Source of the DNA: Bdellovibrionales bacterium
Lineage (GTDB): Bacteria; Bdellovibrionota; Bdellovibrionia; Bdellovibrionales; DASUEL01
Length of the DNA: 14,086 nucleotides
NCBI GenBank assembly: GCA_050250255.1
Contig: JBFWOZ010000061.1
Coordinates: forward strand, 1-14,086
Reading direction: 5' to 3'
Shown in pieces: positions 10,589 through 14,086 of this stretch (position 1 is its first letter; every line of letters begins with the position of its first letter). The notes under the pieces were generated by a model, which saw nothing but the letters and a program-made list of their open reading frames with translations, was not told the DNA's origin and made no database searches. A program made the translations under genes and the position numbers.

Positions 10589-10602
10589 TGGCCTCTTTGT
10601 CT

Positions 10603-11760
10603 TTACCGAGAAAGCGTTTTAACCACGTCTTTGAGTTGATCTACACGATCGAGTTTTTCCCAAGTGAAACCTTCCTCTTCACGGCCGAAGTGACCGTAAG
10701 ATGCGGTTGCAGCGTATTTTGGTTTCAAAAGATCAAAAGTTTTAACGATGGAAGCTGGTCTTAAATCCCAAACTTCACGAACCGCTTTTTCTAAAACTTC
10801 TGAAGAAACTTTTCCTGTGCCGTAATCTTCTACACAGATGCTAAGAGGTTGTGCCACACCGATCGCGTATGCGATCTGTACGAGGCAACGTTCCGCAAGG
10901 CCCGCGCCAACGATATTCTTCGCCACGTGACGAACAGCATAGGCCGCTGAACGATCCACTTTTGAAGGATCTTTACCGCTAAACGCGCCACCACCGTGAG
11001 CTCCGTGACCACCGTAGCTATCCACGATGATTTTTCGTCCCGTCAATCCACAATCTCCCTTAGGGCCACCGACTACGAAACGACCAGTTGGATTGATATA
11101 GAATTTTGTTTTGTTATCGATCCACTGAGCCGGAATTGTTTTACGAATAACTTCTTCAATGACGAAATCACGAAGTTGATCGTTCGTAACGCTCTCTGTG
11201 TGTTGAGTTGAAATCACGACAGAGTCTACACGCTTCGCTTTGCCATCGACGTATTCTACCGTTACTTGGCTTTTGCTATCAGGGCGGAGGAAGTTTACTT
11301 TTTTCGCTTTTCTTACACGAGCGAGTTCACGAAGAAGTTTGTGAGACATGGAAATTGTAAGAGGCATTAGCTCTGGAGTTTCTTTGACTGCGTAACCAAA
11401 CATAATCCCTTGATCGCCCGCACCTTGATCGGCAGCATCGACACCCATGGCGATATCAGGACTCTGACGACCAATACTGTTAACCACTGCACAGCTTGCT
11501 GCATCGAAGCCCATGTCGCTGTCATTGTAACCAATGTCATAAATCACTTTGCGGGCGAGATCTTGAAAATCCACATAGGCTTTTGTTGTGATCTCACCAG
11601 CTATAACCACGAGACCTGTTGTCACTAAGGTTTCACAAGCAACACGTCCGCGCGGGTCTTCACGAAGAACCGCATCCAAAACCGCATCACTGATTTGATC
11701 CGCGACTTTATCTGGATGTCCTTCAGACACTGATTCACTTGTAAAAAGGTAGTTTTTCAT
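10603..11760 (-). CDS. metK: S-adenosylmethionine synthetase
   Basis: 385 aa. [56 protein letters not shown] 5 nt upstream. Confidence 0.99.
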   Translation of the reverse strand: MKNYLFTSESVSEGHPDKVADQISDAVLDAVLREDPRGRVACETLVTTGLVVIAGEITTKAYVDFQDLARKVIYDIGYNDSDMGFDAASCAVVNSIGRQSPDIAMGVDAADQGAGDQGIMFGYAVKETPELMPLTISMSHKLLRELARVRKAKKVNFLRPDSKSQVTVEYVDGKAKRVDSVVISTQHTESVTNDQLRDFVIEEVIRKTIPAQWIDNKTKFYINPTGRFVVGGPKGDCGLTGRKIIVDSYGGHGAHGGGAFSGKDPSKVDRSAAYAVRHVAKNIVGAGLAERCLVQIAYAIGVAQPLSICVEDYGTGKVSSEVLEKAVREVWDLRPASIVKTFDLLKPKYAATASYGHFGREEEGFTWEKLDRVDQLKDVVKTLSR

Positions 11761-11807
11761 TTCGGCCTCCGAAAATAGTTATGAGATATATCTCTGGAAG
11801 GCCGAAA
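11760..11807 (-). promoter_or_regulatory. SD-sequestering inverted repeat in the metK leader
   Basis: Minus strand TTTCGGCCTTC (11807..11797) pairs with GGAGGCCGAAA (11770..11760; SD plus the A of ATG), 11 bp with one G-U. It encloses the perfect palindrome GAGATATATCTC (11783..11794). Confidence 0.6.
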
Positions 11808-11834
11808 AGTATCAGGGGCCGCTAGAGCGGTCAA
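11806..11834 (-). promoter_or_regulatory. Sigma-70-type promoter upstream of metK
   Basis: Minus strand TTGACC (11834..11829), 17-nt spacer, TACTTT (11811..11806), preceded by an extended -10 TGn. Confidence 0.6.
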
Positions 11835-11867
11835 TAAACGCTTTTTTCGTCTTAAAAACGAAGGATT

Positions 11868-12209
11868 TTAAGCCGCGGAACGGTTGAGTTTTGAAGCGAC
11901 GCGCTTCTTTTCCGAAGGCTTTTTATGATCTTTTATTTGATTCTTATGCTTCGCCATTTGGTGCACAATTTTCTCAATCACTAAATCTACAGACTTATAA
12001 TGATCGTCAGACGCTGCGGAGGCTCGGAAAGTCATGTTTTTACCTCGCACCAGCACCTCGGAATAGCACTCGTGACGCTGCACGCTAAATACCCAATGGC
12101 AATGGGTCGGTGAAGTCTCAAATTTAAACAACTTATGGCAGCGCTTTTCTGCATATTGTTGAAGGGCATCGGAATGATCTAGGTGTTTAAAGGAATGTTC
12201 GACTTTCAT
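11868..12209 (-). CDS. hpf: Ribosome hibernation promoting factor (short HPF/RaiA, sigma-54 modulation family)
   Basis: Position downstream of rpoN. Pattern KHLDHSDALQQYAEKR..KL.KF and DHYKSVDLVIEKI..QMAKHK.QIKDH matches the HPF fold. Start moved to the second Met (12209, 113 aa) because GAGGTG lies just upstream of it. Confidence 0.88.
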   Translation of the reverse strand: MKVEHSFKHLDHSDALQQYAEKRCHKLFKFETSPTHCHWVFSVQRHECYSEVLVRGKNMTFRASAASDDHYKSVDLVIEKIVHQMAKHKNQIKDHKKPSEKKRVASKLNRSAA

Positions 12210-12302
12210 TGAGCACCTCATGGTTTGAGTCGCCGTTCGAGTGATTCTTCTCTATCGGCAGATCTCGACCAAAGATGAGTTTCAATTTGAGATTCCGCTT
12301 GG

Positions 12303-12436
12303 TTTATTGGCATGAGGCATAGAGGGCATATGTAAATGGCATAAGGTAGTGGTAAATGGTAATCCACAATCACTACCATTTTCTTGTGCCTTTTCCTTAT
12401 GCCCCTGACATATGCCCTATGCCTCATGCCAATAAA
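12303..12436. repeat. Long imperfect inverted repeat (44/42-nt arms) with an internal hairpin; candidate structured RNA or miniature palindromic element
   Basis: Left arm 12303..12346 TTTATTGGCATGAGGCATAGAGGGCATATGTAAATGGCATAAGG. Reverse complement of right arm 12395..12436 is TTTATTGGCATGAGGCATAG--GGCATATGTCAGGGGCATAAGG. Inner stem AAATGGTA (12354..12361) / TACCATTT (12374..12381). Confidence 0.92.
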
Positions 12437-12469
12437 ATCGCTTCATTTCTGATCAGGACACGTATTGAA

Positions 12470-13903
12470 TTAGAAATATTTCTTACGTTTACTGGAAGGC
12501 AAAATCGCGAGCATGTCGCGGTATTTTGCGACGGTACGGCGGGCGATCTCGATGCCTTCTTTCTGTAAGATCTCAACGATCTTTTGGTCAGAAAGTGGTG
12601 ACTTGGGATCTTCCTTCGCGATCATTTCTTTGATCTTGAGCTTCACTGACTCACTCGCAAGAGCGTCTCCGCTTGTGCGGGCGATCCCGGAGTTAAAGAA
12701 ATATTTTAACTCGAAAATCCCTCGGGGCGTATGCACGTATTTGCTTGTGGTCACACGACTGATCGTTGATTCGTGCATGCCGATGTCAGATGCAATATCT
12801 CTCAAAATCATCGGGCGAATGAACGCAGGTCCTTTATCAAAAAATTCCCTTTGATGGCGAACGATACTCTCGGTCACCTTGTAGATCGTGCGTTGTCTTT
12901 GGTGAATCGCTTTGATCAACCATACGGCCGCTTTCAATTTGTCTTGAATGTACTCTTGAGTGACTTTGTTGGCGTCGTTGGATTTCAAAACGTTTTTATA
13001 GAAGTTTGAAATCTTTAAGCGAGGAAGACCATCTTCATTGAGAGAAACCACATACTCTTCGCCCACTTGATAGACGTACACATCAGGAGTGACGTATTGA
13101 GTTTCGTTAGGCGCGTACTGACGACCCGGCTTCGGATCCATTTCAAAAATGATTTTACACATATCGATGATCTCTTTGAGATCACGATTCATCGCTTTCG
13201 CAATGCCTTCGAAGTTTTTCTTTTCGAGATCTTTTAGATGATTCTTGATGAGAAACACAAGATCATGCGTGTCTTCTTGAAGCACTTTTGCTTGTAAGAG
13301 TAAACACTCTTGAAGATCGCGTGCGCCAACCCCCGGAGGGTCAAACTCCTGAACAAAAGGCAAAATCTCTTCGAGCTCCTGGACGGTCACACCCTCTTCC
13401 TGTGCGATCGCATCGAAGGGAGTTTTGATGTAACCATCGTCATCAACATATCCAATAAGGATTTGGGCGATGACAAGTTCTTCGTCGTTAAAGCCTGCAA
13501 GATTCGCTTGCCAATTCAAATAGTCATAAAGAGATTGCGGAGTCGAAATCACGTTCTCGTAGTTCATGATCTCTTCGCTAGAAGGACCACCACCCTGAGT
13601 TGGTTTGTAGTTCTGATCGACGTAACTTTCCCACTCAAAATCGTCTCCGCGCTCCGCGGATTTTGCAGCCTGCTCTGCAGATTCATCGACCACATTGTCT
13701 TCTTTAGCAAGCTTTTCAACACGAGATTCTTCTTCGGGAGATTCAATATGCTCATCGAGAATAGGATTCTCATCCAACTCTTTGCGAACCGCCGTCTCTA
13801 ATTCCATTCGAGAAAGCTGCAACAATTTAATCGCTTGCTGCAATTGTGGGGTCATTCTCAGTTGCTGCGACAACTTCATCGACTGCTTAATCTGAAAAGA
13901 CAT
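12470..13903 (-). CDS. rpoN: RNA polymerase sigma-54 factor
   Basis: 477 aa. Gln/Leu-rich region I (MTPQLQQAIKLLQL), acidic region II, DPPGVGARDLQECL, HTH HESTISR, FELKYFF, RpoN box ARRTVAKYR. GGGGAG SD. Confidence 0.99.
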   Translation of the reverse strand: MSFQIKQSMKLSQQLRMTPQLQQAIKLLQLSRMELETAVRKELDENPILDEHIESPEEESRVEKLAKEDNVVDESAEQAAKSAERGDDFEWESYVDQNYKPTQGGGPSSEEIMNYENVISTPQSLYDYLNWQANLAGFNDEELVIAQILIGYVDDDGYIKTPFDAIAQEEGVTVQELEEILPFVQEFDPPGVGARDLQECLLLQAKVLQEDTHDLVFLIKNHLKDLEKKNFEGIAKAMNRDLKEIIDMCKIIFEMDPKPGRQYAPNETQYVTPDVYVYQVGEEYVVSLNEDGLPRLKISNFYKNVLKSNDANKVTQEYIQDKLKAAVWLIKAIHQRQRTIYKVTESIVRHQREFFDKGPAFIRPMILRDIASDIGMHESTISRVTTSKYVHTPRGIFELKYFFNSGIARTSGDALASESVKLKIKEMIAKEDPKSPLSDQKIVEILQKEGIEIARRTVAKYRDMLAILPSSKRKKYF

Positions 13904-13915
13904 GGCTTGCTCCCC

Positions 13916-14086
13916 TTAAAGAGTAAAGTTTTCGCCCAAATAATATTTACGAGCAAGATCTGCTCCCGCAATAAACGTTGCTGAACCTTCCACCTGCACA
14001 CGACCTTCTTTTAAAATATAGGCATGATCGCAAATACGCAAAGTTTCTCGCACATTGTGATCCGTAATGAGAATTCCGATCCCACG
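13916..14086 (-). CDS. lptB: LPS export ABC transporter ATP-binding protein, C-terminal 56 aa (5'-truncated by the window; not in the ORF track)
   Basis: Manual translation: RGIGILITDHNVRETLRICDHAYILKEGRVQVEGSATFIAGADLARKYYLGENFTL*. ITDHNVRETL and YLGE.F are LptB signatures, and lptB-rpoN is conserved synteny. Confidence 0.95.
   Translation of the reverse strand, partial: RGIGILITDHNVRETLRICDHAYILKEGRVQVEGSATFIAGADLARKYYLGENFTL

Noticed and set aside
11843..11869. Hairpin TTCGT..ACGAA after hpf as a terminator
   Set aside because: Weak AT-rich stem followed by A's rather than U's on the transcribed strand.
12210..12221. Upstream hpf start (MRCS extension) given in the ORF track
   Set aside because: That segment contains the SD-like GAGGTG for the next ATG, and the HPF-like sequence begins at MKVEH.
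12256..12274. Possible sigma-54 promoter for hpf (minus strand TTTGGTCGAGATCTGC)
   Set aside because: GG-to-GC spacing is 9 nt rather than the strict 10, and the -24 context is poor.
12303..12436. CRISPR array, tRNA or intrinsic terminator interpretation of the repeat
   Set aside because: No repeat-spacer periodicity or cas genes, no cloverleaf, the stem is much too long, and no U-tract follows it on the coding strand.
12218..12568. ORFs 12218..12427 (-, 69 aa) and 12356..12568 (+, 70 aa) crossing the palindrome
   Set aside because: Both translate the inverted repeat (mirror peptides PYAIYICP and PYAPDICP), have no recognisable motif, and one overlaps rpoN antisense. Most likely by-products of the repeat.
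170..13895. Numerous 60-163 aa ORFs antisense to or out of frame within the large genes (e.g. 13310..13801, 6277..6696, 5080..5430, 3421..3759)
   Set aside because: Wholly or almost wholly overlapped by well-conserved genes and lacking motifs; ordinary shadow ORFs.

Overview
A tightly packed, entirely minus-strand housekeeping gene run with no mobile-element genes, CRISPR array or rRNA/tRNA recognised. Order in the direction of transcription: lptB (3' end only) - rpoN (sigma-54) - 134-bp inverted repeat - hpf - metK - lepA - lepB - lepB paralog - pyrB - pyrC - carA - 213-aa hypothetical - carB - start of a downstream gene. Gene order and protein style suggest a Bdellovibrionota/deltaproteobacteria-like genome (inference). 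The unexplained signals are mostly non-coding: (i) a long imperfect palindrome of GGCAT-based heptamer-like units between rpoN and hpf, folding into a long hairpin with a central bubble; (ii) a metK leader with two mutually exclusive helices that hide the ribosome-binding site; (iii) a sigma-70 promoter positioned to start at the pyrB ATG (leaderless mRNA). Also notable are an uncharacterised gene coupled between carA and carB, tandem signal peptidases and a His/Cys-rich short HPF.
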